Positions 39,050-49,504 of a stretch of 64,000 nucleotides of DNA are shown in pieces (position 1 is the stretch's first letter; each line of letters starts with the position of its first letter). A program made the translations under genes and the position numbers. The notes beneath the pieces were generated by a model that saw only the letters and a program-made list of their open reading frames with translations, was not told where the DNA came from and ran no database searches. This DNA is from an uncultured Thermoplasmata archaeon (GTDB taxonomy: Archaea; Thermoplasmatota; Thermoplasmata; UBA10834). The stretch lies in contig CAVRDX010000001.1 in NCBI GenBank assembly GCA_963719945.1, forward strand, positions 384,001 to 448,000, in the 5' to 3' direction.

Positions 39050-40363
39050 ATGGACCTCTCCAATTTCTCCCGCTCTCAGGCCATGGTCGACCATTCTTCG
39101 CTCTTTGACGATATCCTATCTCTTGACAATATCTCGTCCCGAAACTCAAAATGCGCGTATTGTAAGGGTTCAAAGCTCCTATGCGGCAAGGATAGATGTC
39201 CCGTGCTGGCACGATTCTTCTCGACCAATAGGGTAAGAGGCAAGATCGATAGATTGAACATCGATGGCGCCTCCCCGCCAAGCGTGTTCATCGGGAGGTC
39301 TGGATACCCTAAGGTCTCGGTCGGACCTATGATCCCTCCATTCCACGGTGATACATCGCTAATTGACACCCCGGAAAAGTGGGTCGGCCTGCCGATTGAT
39401 GATATCATCGAGTTCAGGTCCAGCCTGATCCGGGGTATGCACCAGGTCAATGTCTCGGATGTCGAGAACAGCAACAAGTTGGTTACTCGGACCAGGGAGC
39501 TTGCGCTTGCGCGAACCCCTCCGGAAGTATCCGCGGAATTCTCCAAGAAACCCCAAGGCAAGTTGACACTTAACGACGACGTCCAACCTTTCGGTCCATC
39601 TGCCCCGATACGCAAATTCGATATCTCGAATGTCAAGTTCGACAGAAGGTTGGAGAAGGCGTTCTATGACACAGATCTCCTTGCCAAGGATGCCCTTTTA
39701 TCGCTCTACCGGGATGGTGCACTACTATCAAGCATCCAGCGTGCGTTCAGCGTGGGTGCGTTCGGGATAGCCAAAAGACGGAGATTCGTGCCTACGCGGT
39801 GGAGTATCACAGCTGTTGACAGTCAACTCGGTCTCAGACTCCTGGAGGACACGAAGACATACCCTTGCATCGACGACTATAGAGTATATGAGACCGAAAG
39901 CCTCGACAACAGATGGGCGATTCTGATGATGCCGACCAGCTGGAGGTACGAGCTCATAGAAGCGTGGTACCCGAAAACCGCCTGGAACCCGCACAGCGAC
40001 AGGATCGCAATAATCTCGGACCATGAATTCTACGATGGCCGCACGACATATGCTCAGATCGGAGGGTGCTATTACGCTGCGAGACTCGCGGTGAACGAGC
40101 TTCTCTCGCAAGAGAGGCGTCAGGCAGGGGTCAGCATAATGAGGGAATCTCATCCAGGATACATACTTCCGGTGGGCGTTTGGAATGTCCGGGAGAATGT
40201 GCGCGCTGCTCTCAGAAACCCGCCGACGAGGTTCTCAGGCTTGAATGCGGCCCTTGCCCATGTCTCTGCTATGATGGATATTCCAATATCGAGGTGGGTG
40301 AAGAACAGCGCGATTCTCAAGGATGCGCTCTATCAGCGGAGGATCGACGATTCCTGGGGGTGA
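39050..40363 (+). CDS. nreA: Nre family DNA repair protein
   Basis: CAYCKG...LCG...CP, SPPSVFIG, VPTRWSITAVD, GGCYYAAR, PVGVWNVRE, C-terminal PIP-like QRRIDDSW. Start is approximate. Confidence 0.9.
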   Translation: MDLSNFSRSQAMVDHSSLFDDILSLDNISSRNSKCAYCKGSKLLCGKDRCPVLARFFSTNRVRGKIDRLNIDGASPPSVFIGRSGYPKVSVGPMIPPFHGDTSLIDTPEKWVGLPIDDIIEFRSSLIRGMHQVNVSDVENSNKLVTRTRELALARTPPEVSAEFSKKPQGKLTLNDDVQPFGPSAPIRKFDISNVKFDRRLEKAFYDTDLLAKDALLSLYRDGALLSSIQRAFSVGAFGIAKRRRFVPTRWSITAVDSQLGLRLLEDTKTYPCIDDYRVYETESLDNRWAILMMPTSWRYELIEAWYPKTAWNPHSDRIAIISDHEFYDGRTTYAQIGGCYYAARLAVNELLSQERRQAGVSIMRESHPGYILPVGVWNVRENVRAALRNPPTRFSGLNAALAHVSAMMDIPISRWVKNSAILKDALYQRRIDDSWG

Positions 40364-40367
40364 ACTC

Positions 40368-41159
40368 TTGACTGTCAAACTGGTCAAGTGCAAGAACGCG
40401 GTCTCTCCATCGAGACTACCTGGACTGGATTGGGCAGTCAATCCCTACCGAGGTTGCGAACACGGTTGCGCATACTGCTACGTCCAGGACGTGACTCGGT
40501 TCTCCCTAGGTTCTCCCTGGGGCGAAAACGTCGAAGTCAAAGTGAACATGGCAAAACAGCTGAAAAAGGAGCTCGGAAGGCATGTATCTGGAGTATACGG
40601 AATCGGAACTGTCACGGATCCCTATCAACCCGCTGAGGTGAAATACGAGCTCACGCGGAATTGCCTCCAGATCCTCAAGCGTTTCGGCGCTTCCATAAGC
40701 ATACTGACTAAATCGGACCTCGTCCTGCGAGATATGGACATACTGTCTTCTTGGACTGACGCAGAGGTCGGAATAAGCCTCGCATGCGTGGATGAGAGCG
40801 TATCATCTATCGTTGAACCGCGGGCGCCCACTCCGATAAGGCGGCTGGATGCATTGTCGAGACTCGTGGATGCGGGCATAGACACCTACCTCATGGCCGC
40901 TCCCATCGTCCCAGGTCTATCTGACTCCGAAGAGATGATCAATCAACTGGTCGACCAGGTAGCTTCCACAGGAGTCAAGAAGATTATGTGGGACAGATAC
41001 AACCCGCGGCCTGTTGCCGATGCGAGAATGTCGTCCAAATTCCCGCATATCGAGATATCTGCCCTGCATAGTCCTCGCGATCCGTTTGGGTTCAAGATGA
41101 GATGCACGATGGAACGCGCATGTTCGGAACGAGGAATCGTACTATTGGATGCATTCTAG
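40368..41159 (+). CDS. Radical SAM protein, SplB-like family
   Basis: NPYRGCEHGCAYCY, TDPYQP, LTKS, RD, EP; TTG start after a GGGGTGA SD. Confidence 0.88.
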   Translation: MTVKLVKCKNAVSPSRLPGLDWAVNPYRGCEHGCAYCYVQDVTRFSLGSPWGENVEVKVNMAKQLKKELGRHVSGVYGIGTVTDPYQPAEVKYELTRNCLQILKRFGASISILTKSDLVLRDMDILSSWTDAEVGISLACVDESVSSIVEPRAPTPIRRLDALSRLVDAGIDTYLMAAPIVPGLSDSEEMINQLVDQVASTGVKKIMWDRYNPRPVADARMSSKFPHIEISALHSPRDPFGFKMRCTMERACSERGIVLLDAF

Positions 41160-41183
41160 CGCTCCATTTATGAGTGGCAAGCC

Positions 41184-41190
41184 TTATATA
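41184..41190 (+). promoter_or_regulatory. Probable TATA box of the thermosome gene
   Basis: TTATATA upstream of a GAGGT SD and the ATG at 41228. Confidence 0.55.
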
Positions 41191-41227
41191 GAAGCACTAT
41201 CATAATCGGACCTTGAGGTATCATCAC

Positions 41228-42875
41228 ATGATGGGTAGCCAACCGATAATTGTGCTCAGAGAAGGAACGGAATCGACGAAGGGCAAGACTGCCCAGAGTA
41301 ACAACATTATGGCGGCAAGAGCAGTCGCCGATGCCGTGCGCAGCACCCTAGGCCCAAAGGGCATGGACAAGATGCTTGTGGACAGCATGGGTGATATCGT
41401 CATCACAAATGATGGCGCTACCATCCTTAAGGAATTGGATATTGAACACCCTGCGGCCAAGATGGTCGTAGAGATTTCGAAGACACAGGACAATGAGTGC
41501 GGAGATGGAACCACGTCCGCTGTCGTGATCGCTGGGGAGCTTCTGAAGAAGTCCGAGGCGCTCATCGAACAGAATGTGCACCCGACCGTTATTGCAAACG
41601 GATTCAGGCTCGCATCCCTGGAGGCAATCAAGATCCTCAAGGGTATCGGTATAAAAGTCTCGCCTACAGACAAGAAGACACTCAGACTTGTGGCTATGAC
41701 TGCCATGACTGGCAAGAGCGTCGGCGGAGAGCGCGACAAGCTCGCGGACATCTCAGTCGAGGCGGTTACATCTGTCTCTGAGAAGACAGATGGCACTTAC
41801 GAGGCAGACATTGACAACATCCAGGTAGAGAAGAAGCACGGCGGCTCAGTCTCGGATACGAAGCTCATCAAGGGTATCGTGCTGGACAAGGAGCGCGTGC
41901 ACCCGAGGATGCCGAAGAGCGTCAAGAACGTCAAGATTGCACTTATCGACTCTGCCCTTGAGATCAAGAAGACTGAGGTTGAAGCAAAGATCCAGATTCG
42001 CGATCCGATGCAGATGCAGAAGTTCTTGGACGAGGAAGAGAACACCATCAAGGATATGGTTGCGAAGCTCAAGAAGTCCGGAGCGAACGTGATCATCTGC
42101 GAGAAGGGAATCGATGACATGGCCCAGCACTACCTCGCCAAGGATGGAATCTACGCTGTACGTCAGGGTCAAGAGGTCCGACATGGAGAAGCTCGCCAAG
42201 GCGACCGGGGGCAAGATTGTCACGAACCTTGATGACCTGACCTCCGCAGAGCTCGGAGCTGCTGAGACTGTCGAAGAGGTCAAGATCGCAGATTCGGACA
42301 TGACCTTCGTAACTGGCTGCAAGAATCCAAAGGCGGTTTCAATCCTTATCAGAGGCGGAACCGAACACGTCATTGACGAGGTCGAGAGGGCATTGCACGA
42401 CGCACTCAAGGTCGTCGCTGTCGCGCTCGAGGATGGAATAGTCGTTCCAGGAGGAGGCGCTCCGGAGATCGAGATCGCGATCAAGCTCAGGGACTATGGA
42501 CAGTCTGTCGGCGGCAGGGAGCAGCTTGCTATCGAGGCCTTCGCCGAGGCTATGGAAGTGATTCCATGGACACTCGCCGAGAACGCTGGTATGGACTCGA
42601 TAAATGTGCTCATAGAACTCAAGAATGCCCACACGAAGAAGGCTGGACGTACTTTCGGGGTCAATGTCGAGGATAACAAGGTCTCTGACATGATCAACGC
42701 GAACGTCATCGAGCCTCTGAGGGTCAAGACGCAGGCAGTCCAGTCCGCAACCGAGGTGGCATCTATGGTCCTCAGGATCGACGATGTCATCGCTGCAAGG
42801 AAGCTCAGCCCTGCGGAGAGGGGTCCCCCAGGCGGCGGAATGGGCGGCATGGGTGGAATGCCCGGAATGATGTAA
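41228..42875 (+). CDS. ths: Thermosome (group II chaperonin) subunit with +1 frameshift near 42163
   Basis: [38 protein letters not shown] tail. The conserved AVRRVKRSD motif is split across frames. Confidence 0.93.
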
Positions 42876-42891
42876 ACACATACGAAACACT

Positions 42892-42924
42892 CGGAGGGGG
42901 CAACCCTCCGCAACTTCATTTTTT
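42892..42924 (+). terminator. Hairpin plus T-tract after the thermosome gene
   Basis: CGGAGGG-GGCAA-CCCTCCG followed by TTCATTTTTT. Confidence 0.6.
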
Positions 42925-43009
42925 AATCTATGCGATTCAATCGATATGAAAAATAGGTGATAGGAGAGATGTGTCTCTCTCCACAATAGGTTTATCGAGT
43001 CCATCGATC

Positions 43010-43777
43010 TCAGTGTGCTGAATGCTTTTCCAGCCAACGATCGAGGTTCTCCAGAAGCCTGTCGAGCGATTTCTGAAGTTGAGGCTGTTCGTCAACTCTA
43101 TCCTGATGGTCTTCGATTGCGCGCAGTAGTCCTGGCGGACCTACCCTGTCATCGTCGGATGGCGGTGGCGTCACCTCTATCGTTACGACTACCTCTGTGC
43201 TCACAGAACCAGTGGCTCCATCGTCATCTGTGACAAGCAGCGTTATCTCAAAGGTTCCGTTCTCTGAGAACGTATGCGTGATGCAATCGCCCACGTAGGA
43301 CGCACCATCAGACAGACGCCACTCGAATGAGGTGATGTCTCCACCATCTGGATCATACGAGTCGCTCGCGCACAGGGACACGGTTCGGTTGACCACCGAG
43401 ACGATCTTGATCACTGCTATCGGGTCATATCCTATCTCGATGTTCACTGCCAGAACGACCTCCATCGAGGTCGTGTTCGCAGCATTCTGGTTGTCCGTTA
43501 TGTTCAGAGTTATTGTGTATGTTCCATTCGTGGCATACGCATGCTCTGAGACAATCCCGAATGTCTGGTTGCCATCTCCGAAATCCCAGGTATAGTTCGC
43601 AATCGAACCATCAGGATCCATGGACTCTGATGCGTTCGCGGTCACCGTAAGGTCAACTGTCTCGATGCTGAAGACTGCGTAAGGGAGTCTGTTCACGGAT
43701 TCCTCGTGCGCAGTCGGCTTCAGAGACGCAATACCTACAGCGGCTACGATTATCGCAGCTGTTGCTGCAATTGTCAC
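43010..43777 (-). CDS. Secreted or surface protein with two PKD domains
   Basis: Hydrophobic N-terminus. Motifs ASESMDPDG...YTWDFGDG...GTYTITLNITD and ASDSYDPDG...GTFEITLLVTDDDG. Confidence 0.85.
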   Translation of the reverse strand: MTIAATAAIIVAAVGIASLKPTAHEESVNRLPYAVFSIETVDLTVTANASESMDPDGSIANYTWDFGDGNQTFGIVSEHAYATNGTYTITLNITDNQNAANTTSMEVVLAVNIEIGYDPIAVIKIVSVVNRTVSLCASDSYDPDGGDITSFEWRLSDGASYVGDCITHTFSENGTFEITLLVTDDDGATGSVSTEVVVTIEVTPPPSDDDRVGPPGLLRAIEDHQDRVDEQPQLQKSLDRLLENLDRWLEKHSAH

Positions 43778-43949
43778 TAGGGCTAGCTTTGTCCTTGGAC
43801 TGATAGTTCTCCCTCCCCGGATATGGTTGCTAATGCAGAACTCATATATGAGCCAGACCAGTCAAATCGAAGCAAATTGTTCATTGATATACGTTGGACC
43901 GGCGCAAAATTGTTCGATATGTGCGATTCTGCCCATGGCCATCAATGTG

Positions 43950-45335
43950 TCAAGGAAGCTGCGACATCCTATCTGCGACCATTGCGATGAATGCAATATT
44001 ATGGATGAGGCTTGGTAGCCAAGCGTTCTCGTTCGGGGCGTGCCCATTCGTATGTTGTAGATCGGCGTAACTATATGCCATGCACATCGGGGCATAGGGT
44101 GTGAAGAGATGGGCTGGGCCGGAGCCTCCGACCATCGGCACGATGTTAGATGGCGCTGGGGAAACGACCTCCTTCGATAATTCGTGGACCATTCGTATGA
44201 ATGGGTCGTTGACTCTACTCCTACTGGGCAGATACCCCGGTGACATCTTGACCTCTATGTCGTCATATCCCTTCTTGGCCAAATGAGCCTTCAGGAGTTC
44301 ATGGACTTTCTCGGGAGTCAGATTAGGCACTAGTCTAACATCCAATTTGGCGCTTGCTGATGATGGGACAATGGTCATGTCCTCCGGTCCTTGATATCCG
44401 CTGGTCAATCCGCTTATTGTTAGTGTGGGCATGAAGTACAGGTGCTTGAGGAGCTCGACACCTTTCCTGTCCAAAAGGGTCTTTCCAAGATTGTAATCAT
44501 CCATCATTCTCCTTGCATAATCTCCTTCGTATTCTGTGAGAACTGCGATGTCTTCATCGGATGGTCGAACAATCTCATCTTGAAAGCCTTCGACGAGAAT
44601 ATTTTCGTCCTGGTCCTTCAGAGTATTCAGTGCCCAGACCAGCCTCCATGCCGCATTCGGAACGCAAGGCGCATCTCCTGAGTGAACGTCTGTGCGTGGG
44701 AAATTCGGTGGACCACTCGTTTTGAGTTCATAGTATGCATCTCCCTTTACTCCACAGATTATTTCTGCAGGACTATCTGGCATGGATGAGATCCCTTCCC
44801 AGACCAATCCATCCGCTCTAAGGAAATCCTTGTTGGTTTCCGTGAATTCATGGAGACTTATCGAGCCTGCTTCTTCCTCTCCTTCGATCACGAATCTGAC
44901 ATTTACAGGCAATTGACCGAGCATCTCCTCTGCAAGGATTATTCCCATGAGGCTCGCGACTATCGGTCCTTTGTCATCCACGGCTCCGCGACCATAAACT
45001 CGATCTCCTCGGACTTCCATCTTCCACGGCGATGAATCCCAGAGCTCAAGCGATCCCTCTGGCTGGACATCATAATGATGGTAGAATAACAGATTCTTCT
45101 TTGCACCAATGTTCTTCTCCGCCGTGACAATGGGGTCTCCTGTTGTATCAAATATTGAGGCTTCAAATCCATATCTCACAAACTGTTTCACGAGTTCCTC
45201 TGCGCATTCTCTTAGTCCGTCTTTATCACGAGGTGAGACAGTCGGAAATTGTATGATTTTCTCCAAGAATTCTAACGATTTTAACTGGTACCTAGAAGCT
45301 TTCTCCACAACTTGGGAGTACACAAGATCTGTCAT
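43950..45335 (-). CDS. M20/M25/M40 family metallopeptidase
   Basis: HHYDVQP, GRGAVDDKG, EGEEE, HSG, HAPNE. Confidence 0.92.
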   Translation of the reverse strand: MTDLVYSQVVEKASRYQLKSLEFLEKIIQFPTVSPRDKDGLRECAEELVKQFVRYGFEASIFDTTGDPIVTAEKNIGAKKNLLFYHHYDVQPEGSLELWDSSPWKMEVRGDRVYGRGAVDDKGPIVASLMGIILAEEMLGQLPVNVRFVIEGEEEAGSISLHEFTETNKDFLRADGLVWEGISSMPDSPAEIICGVKGDAYYELKTSGPPNFPRTDVHSGDAPCVPNAAWRLVWALNTLKDQDENILVEGFQDEIVRPSDEDIAVLTEYEGDYARRMMDDYNLGKTLLDRKGVELLKHLYFMPTLTISGLTSGYQGPEDMTIVPSSASAKLDVRLVPNLTPEKVHELLKAHLAKKGYDDIEVKMSPGYLPSRSRVNDPFIRMVHELSKEVVSPAPSNIVPMVGGSGPAHLFTPYAPMCMAYSYADLQHTNGHAPNENAWLPSLIHNIAFIAMVADRMSQLP

Positions 45336-46302
45336 TCAATCCCTACACGGTATCGCTGACAAATCGATAATCCTTTTGTTCTAGATGCTTCATGTCTTTC
45401 TGCATAGAATATCTTGCCAATAGTATCACATTATTTTGCGTCTGGCTATTCAAACACCATAATGCGCGGGTAAGAATTTCTTTTTGAAGTTTCTTGTATC
45501 AAATCATCATAATCTTTGTCTATTATCGTGCTCAGAATTCGCTTGATATCCTGTGTGGTCATTTCATTGTCAATTTGCATCTTTTTCCTACTCTGAGGTG
45601 TGAAAATTAGCTGTGACATATACTTGCCATGCGTGGAGATGTACGGGAAGGAATATTCGATGTGACAACTATTCGGCTACTTGCAGTGATCATATGTGTG
45701 AAAGTGGATTCTTTGTGCCAAATCTGCTGGCCACGGAGCAATGGTCCAGAGAGTATTCAACTATCTGGCTAGAGCAATATGACGTAGCTGGATGTAGTGA
45801 AGCGAAATTCTTCATAGCTATACAAAGGCGCAGATATTCCCTCTCAAGACTCGTTTTATGTGTTTCTATCAGAAACTAGCCTACTGTCAATGAGCATGCT
45901 GCTCGATAGCATGCGACAATCTGTTTTGTCTGGCATGTCATGTCTTGACGTATCATGCCGTCTGCCGTTGTCGGACAAGAATATATGTGGGAGCGCTACT
46001 ATGTGAGGCAGCGCAGGTAACACAGAGGATAGATATCTGTAAGAGCTAATTTCTGCTATGTTGATTGCCCCCTTCAGGGGCAAGAAAGCGAATTTATGCT
46101 CGGATCACCGAATTTTGTCTATTTCCCCCACCCTAAAACACTACTTTTTCGGATTCCTTGATACACCTTATCATGGTTCACATTATGATTCATGTCTGGA
46201 TAGCATGCTACCGAGGGGATTGATACGGAAAACGGCAATTAATCGGGTATTTGTTGACGCTTTATTGAGGGTTCTCGAAGGAGATATGCGGCTGAGGGCG
46301 TT

Positions 46303-46370
46303 TTTGAGCCAAAATGCGACATTTTTATATAGGCTCAAACCCATGTTTCGTCGGACAATCGTCCAACGAA
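46303..46370 (+). promoter_or_regulatory. Recombinase promoter with nested inverted repeats
   Basis: TTTGAGCC(46303)-AAAATG-cga-CATTTT-tatata-GGCTCAAA(46339) surrounds a TTTATATA box. A second inverted repeat, TTCGTCGGAC-aatc-GTCCAACGAA, spans 46347-46370. Confidence 0.55.
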
Positions 46371-46388
46371 CAAGGGATGGGAATTAGC

Positions 46389-47030
46389 ATGCGAAAGTAT
46401 CTCAAGCAGGATGAACTGAAAGCACTGCTCGAGGCTCCTAAGCGGATGAGAGACCGATTGATCATCAAGTTGCTATACGAAACTGGGATGAGGGTCGGTG
46501 AGCTCGTAGCCTTGGCAATAGGTGACGTGGACCTCGAGTCTAGCGAGATCACGATTCAACAGGCTAAGAGGCATGTTGAGGGCCGTAAGGTTCCAATTAT
46601 CAATAGCTGGACAAAGGCAATGCTTCGTGATTATATCGGAACCCGTAAGAACAGGAGGGATCCGTTATTCGTTTCAAACAAGCGAGGCCAGTTGTCTCGC
46701 AGGCAAGTAGAACGTCTGGTTGCCAACTATGCGTCTGAGGTGGGGATTGACAAAGACAAGAGCCATCCACACGTCCTGAGGCACACTCATGCGGTCCATG
46801 CGCTGAAATCCGGCATAGATCTTAGGACCCTCCAACAAAATCTCGGCCATTCGAGTATTGAGGTCACGGCAATCTACCTTACGATGGATATTGATGACAG
46901 GAAGGAACAGTATTCGAAGCACCCTCTGCCAGGCATGGATGTCTCCGAAGAGCATGGTGTGTCTGGAACAGAATCTGTGGCAGTGACATCGAATCATTCG
47001 AATTCATTCGTGCTTTCTCCTGATGTATAG
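46389..47030 (+). CDS. Tyrosine recombinase, catalytic domain only (213 aa)
   Basis: TGMRVGE (R), AKR (K), HVLRH, LGH, TAIY (Y); no N-terminal core-binding domain. Confidence 0.92.
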   Translation: MRKYLKQDELKALLEAPKRMRDRLIIKLLYETGMRVGELVALAIGDVDLESSEITIQQAKRHVEGRKVPIINSWTKAMLRDYIGTRKNRRDPLFVSNKRGQLSRRQVERLVANYASEVGIDKDKSHPHVLRHTHAVHALKSGIDLRTLQQNLGHSSIEVTAIYLTMDIDDRKEQYSKHPLPGMDVSEEHGVSGTESVAVTSNHSNSFVLSPDV

Positions 47031-47180
47031 GTGCCACATTAAAACCTTTATCTCAAACCGCTTGCGCCTAATTCTTTCTATCTCTGTGCTAAACACCACT
47101 CTTTGGGACCATTTCTTGGGGCACTTTTCACACCGCTTGCAGATAATCTATATCGGAAAAGCAACTTGTCTTAATACAAG

Positions 47181-48560
47181 ATGCAGGAAGATTGGACTGA
47201 GAAATATCGGCCCAAATCCCTTTCACAGGTCGTTGGAAACGAATCTGCGGTTAGGGCAATCCGTCGATGGGCGGAATCTTGGGCTCACGGAGTTCCAAAA
47301 GTAAAGGCTTTGATTCTCAAGGGGGAGCCAGGTATTGGAAAGACCAGCTCTGCTCTTGCACTAGCATATGATCTGAAATGGGACGTCGTCGAGATGAATG
47401 CTTCCGATCATAGGAACGCGGAATCCATCAGAAAGGTTGCTGGAATCGGCTCGATGACACAGACATTCACTTTGGACGGAGAGTTCCTTTCTTCCCATTC
47501 TGGGCGTCGTAAACTCATAATATTGGACGAGGCGGACAATCTCTTTGGCAGAGAAGATTATGGCGGGGCAAAGGCCATCGTTGACACGATTCAGGAATCA
47601 AGCCAGCCAATATTGTTGATAGCGAATGACTATTATGAATTGACCCGGAGAGCATCTGCTCTCAAGAGACTCGCAACAAGCGTCACGTTCAGACGATTGG
47701 ACCAGAAATCAATCGTTGCAGTTCTGCAGTCAATTACGCAGACTGAGAATATTACGGTCTCAATGGAAACCCTTGCGAAGATAGCATCAAACGCAGGTGG
47801 GGATATGCGAGCTGCAATAAACGATCTTCAGATGATCGTGGAAGGACGTTTTCAGCTGGATACGAAAGATACGGATGTCCTCGGCGAACGAAATCAGGAG
47901 AAAGAGATAGGCAGAGCTCTGAGGATAATGTTCGGTGCGAAGACCGTTCGCGAGGCTCAGGATGCGACGCTCAATATTGACAAGATGCCTGATGAGCTGG
48001 AGAAATGGATTGAGGAGAGCATACCCGCCGAGATGAAGAATCCAGATGATCTGGTCCGCGCATTCGACGCGCTATCGAGATCCAACATCTATCTTCGGAG
48101 GGCCAGGGCACTGCAGCATTATGGAATGTGGTCTTATGCGAAGACAATGATGACTGCTGGCGTTGCGTTATCGAGGAAATCTGGTACGCGGCCATATGTG
48201 AGTGAGTACCGTTTTCCTAGTTTCTTGATAGTCATGTCACGCGCGAAGGGCACTCGTTCATCAAGAGAGTCGATATCCTCCAAATTGGCACCGTATTTTC
48301 ATACTTCATCGAGGATGTTTGGTGAATCGATCCTCCCTTACCTGTCAAAATTGTTGGCCATGGATCAAGAGCTGATGGTGAAGTTGGCATGCGAGACCGA
48401 CCTCGACGATGGCGACATCTCGAACCTCTTGCACGTGGATCCTGATTCCAGTATTGTCAAAGCCGTCCGGGCAAAGGTCAGGGCAATCAAAGGCGAGGAT
48501 GAGGTAGTGAGCAAGAAGACTCCTAGACGAAAATCTGGGAGGAGTCTCGCGGAGTTCTGA
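47181..48560 (+). CDS. rfcL: Replication factor C large subunit
   Basis: WTEKYRP, GEPGIGKT, EMNASD, DEADN, GDMRAAINDLQ, C-terminal PIP-like SLAEF. Confidence 0.95.
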   Translation: MQEDWTEKYRPKSLSQVVGNESAVRAIRRWAESWAHGVPKVKALILKGEPGIGKTSSALALAYDLKWDVVEMNASDHRNAESIRKVAGIGSMTQTFTLDGEFLSSHSGRRKLIILDEADNLFGREDYGGAKAIVDTIQESSQPILLIANDYYELTRRASALKRLATSVTFRRLDQKSIVAVLQSITQTENITVSMETLAKIASNAGGDMRAAINDLQMIVEGRFQLDTKDTDVLGERNQEKEIGRALRIMFGAKTVREAQDATLNIDKMPDELEKWIEESIPAEMKNPDDLVRAFDALSRSNIYLRRARALQHYGMWSYAKTMMTAGVALSRKSGTRPYVSEYRFPSFLIVMSRAKGTRSSRESISSKLAPYFHTSSRMFGESILPYLSKLLAMDQELMVKLACETDLDDGDISNLLHVDPDSSIVKAVRAKVRAIKGEDEVVSKKTPRRKSGRSLAEF

Positions 48561-48574
48561 GAGGTGGGAGAGGA

Positions 48575-49501
48575 TTGAGCAGTACTATCCAGCATCTTGA
48601 GAAACAGCAATATCGCATCGTCGAAGAGACCGGTGCGGTCAAGTTGTGTCACTGGATGCGTCAACGGTTGATACATGGGAGACCCTGCTACAAGGAAGAG
48701 TTCTACGGCATCAAGACCCATAGGTGCTTGCAGATGACTCCAGCGGTGAATATATGCAATTTCAGATGCTTGTTCTGCTGGCGTTTCCATGGAATGACTG
48801 GGTTCGAGGGCGCGAAGTACCCTGAACCTGAGGAACTGCTCGAGAGGTGCCTGCAAGAACAGCGCTCTCTCGTGTCCGGTTTTAAGGGTGACGAACGATG
48901 TGATCCTAAGCTATGGGAGGAATCCCGTCATCCGAACCAGGTTGCCATATCCCTCTCTGGGGAGCCGACTCTCTATCCCCACCTGGGAGAATTCATCGCC
49001 CTCTGCAAGAGCAAGGGCATGACCACCTTCTTGGTCACCAATGGCTCGGTTCCCAAAGCACTTGCCAATCTCTCCTCTCTCCCCTCGCAATTGTATGTCA
49101 CAGTCGCAGCCCCGAACAAAGAATTGTTCAAGCGTGTCTGCGTGCCACAGTTCGATGGCGCATGGGAGAATCTCATGGAGACACTCGAATTGCTCCCATC
49201 TCTCTCGACGCGTACGGTGATAAGGCACACTCTGGTGCGCGATTGGAACCTGGGCTGGGAGGATGAATATGCTCGTCTGGATGAGATCGCATCTCCCACA
49301 TTCATAGAGCCAAAAGGGTACGTGTTCGTAGGCGACTCCAGGACCAGGATGACAATCGAAAATATGCCATCTCATTCCTCTGTGGTCGAATTCTCCAGGA
49401 GAATCGCCGACCAACTATCCCTCGAGATACTGGCAGAGCGAGAAGATAGCCGTGTGACCCTGATCGGCAAGAAGGGTTCTAAGCTGAAGATCGTGGACTG
49501 A
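48575..49501 (+). CDS. taw1: 4-demethylwyosine synthase TYW1/Taw1 (radical SAM)
   Basis: VKLCHW, CYK..FYGI, HRCLQMTP, CNFRCLFCWR, AISLSGEPT, GDSR. Confidence 0.95.
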   Translation: MSSTIQHLEKQQYRIVEETGAVKLCHWMRQRLIHGRPCYKEEFYGIKTHRCLQMTPAVNICNFRCLFCWRFHGMTGFEGAKYPEPEELLERCLQEQRSLVSGFKGDERCDPKLWEESRHPNQVAISLSGEPTLYPHLGEFIALCKSKGMTTFLVTNGSVPKALANLSSLPSQLYVTVAAPNKELFKRVCVPQFDGAWENLMETLELLPSLSTRTVIRHTLVRDWNLGWEDEYARLDEIASPTFIEPKGYVFVGDSRTRMTIENMPSHSSVVEFSRRIADQLSLEILAEREDSRVTLIGKKGSKLKIVD

Positions 49502-49504
49502 GGA

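Noticed and set aside
45604-46052. 9-bp inverted repeat AAATTAGCT/AGCTAATTT as the ends of an invertible segment
   Set aside because: One or more 9-bp inverted repeats are expected by chance in 1 kb of AT-rich DNA.
46166-46193. dif-like site (..TTCACA TTATGATT..)
   Set aside because: The left arm lacks the ATAA end and symmetry is poor.
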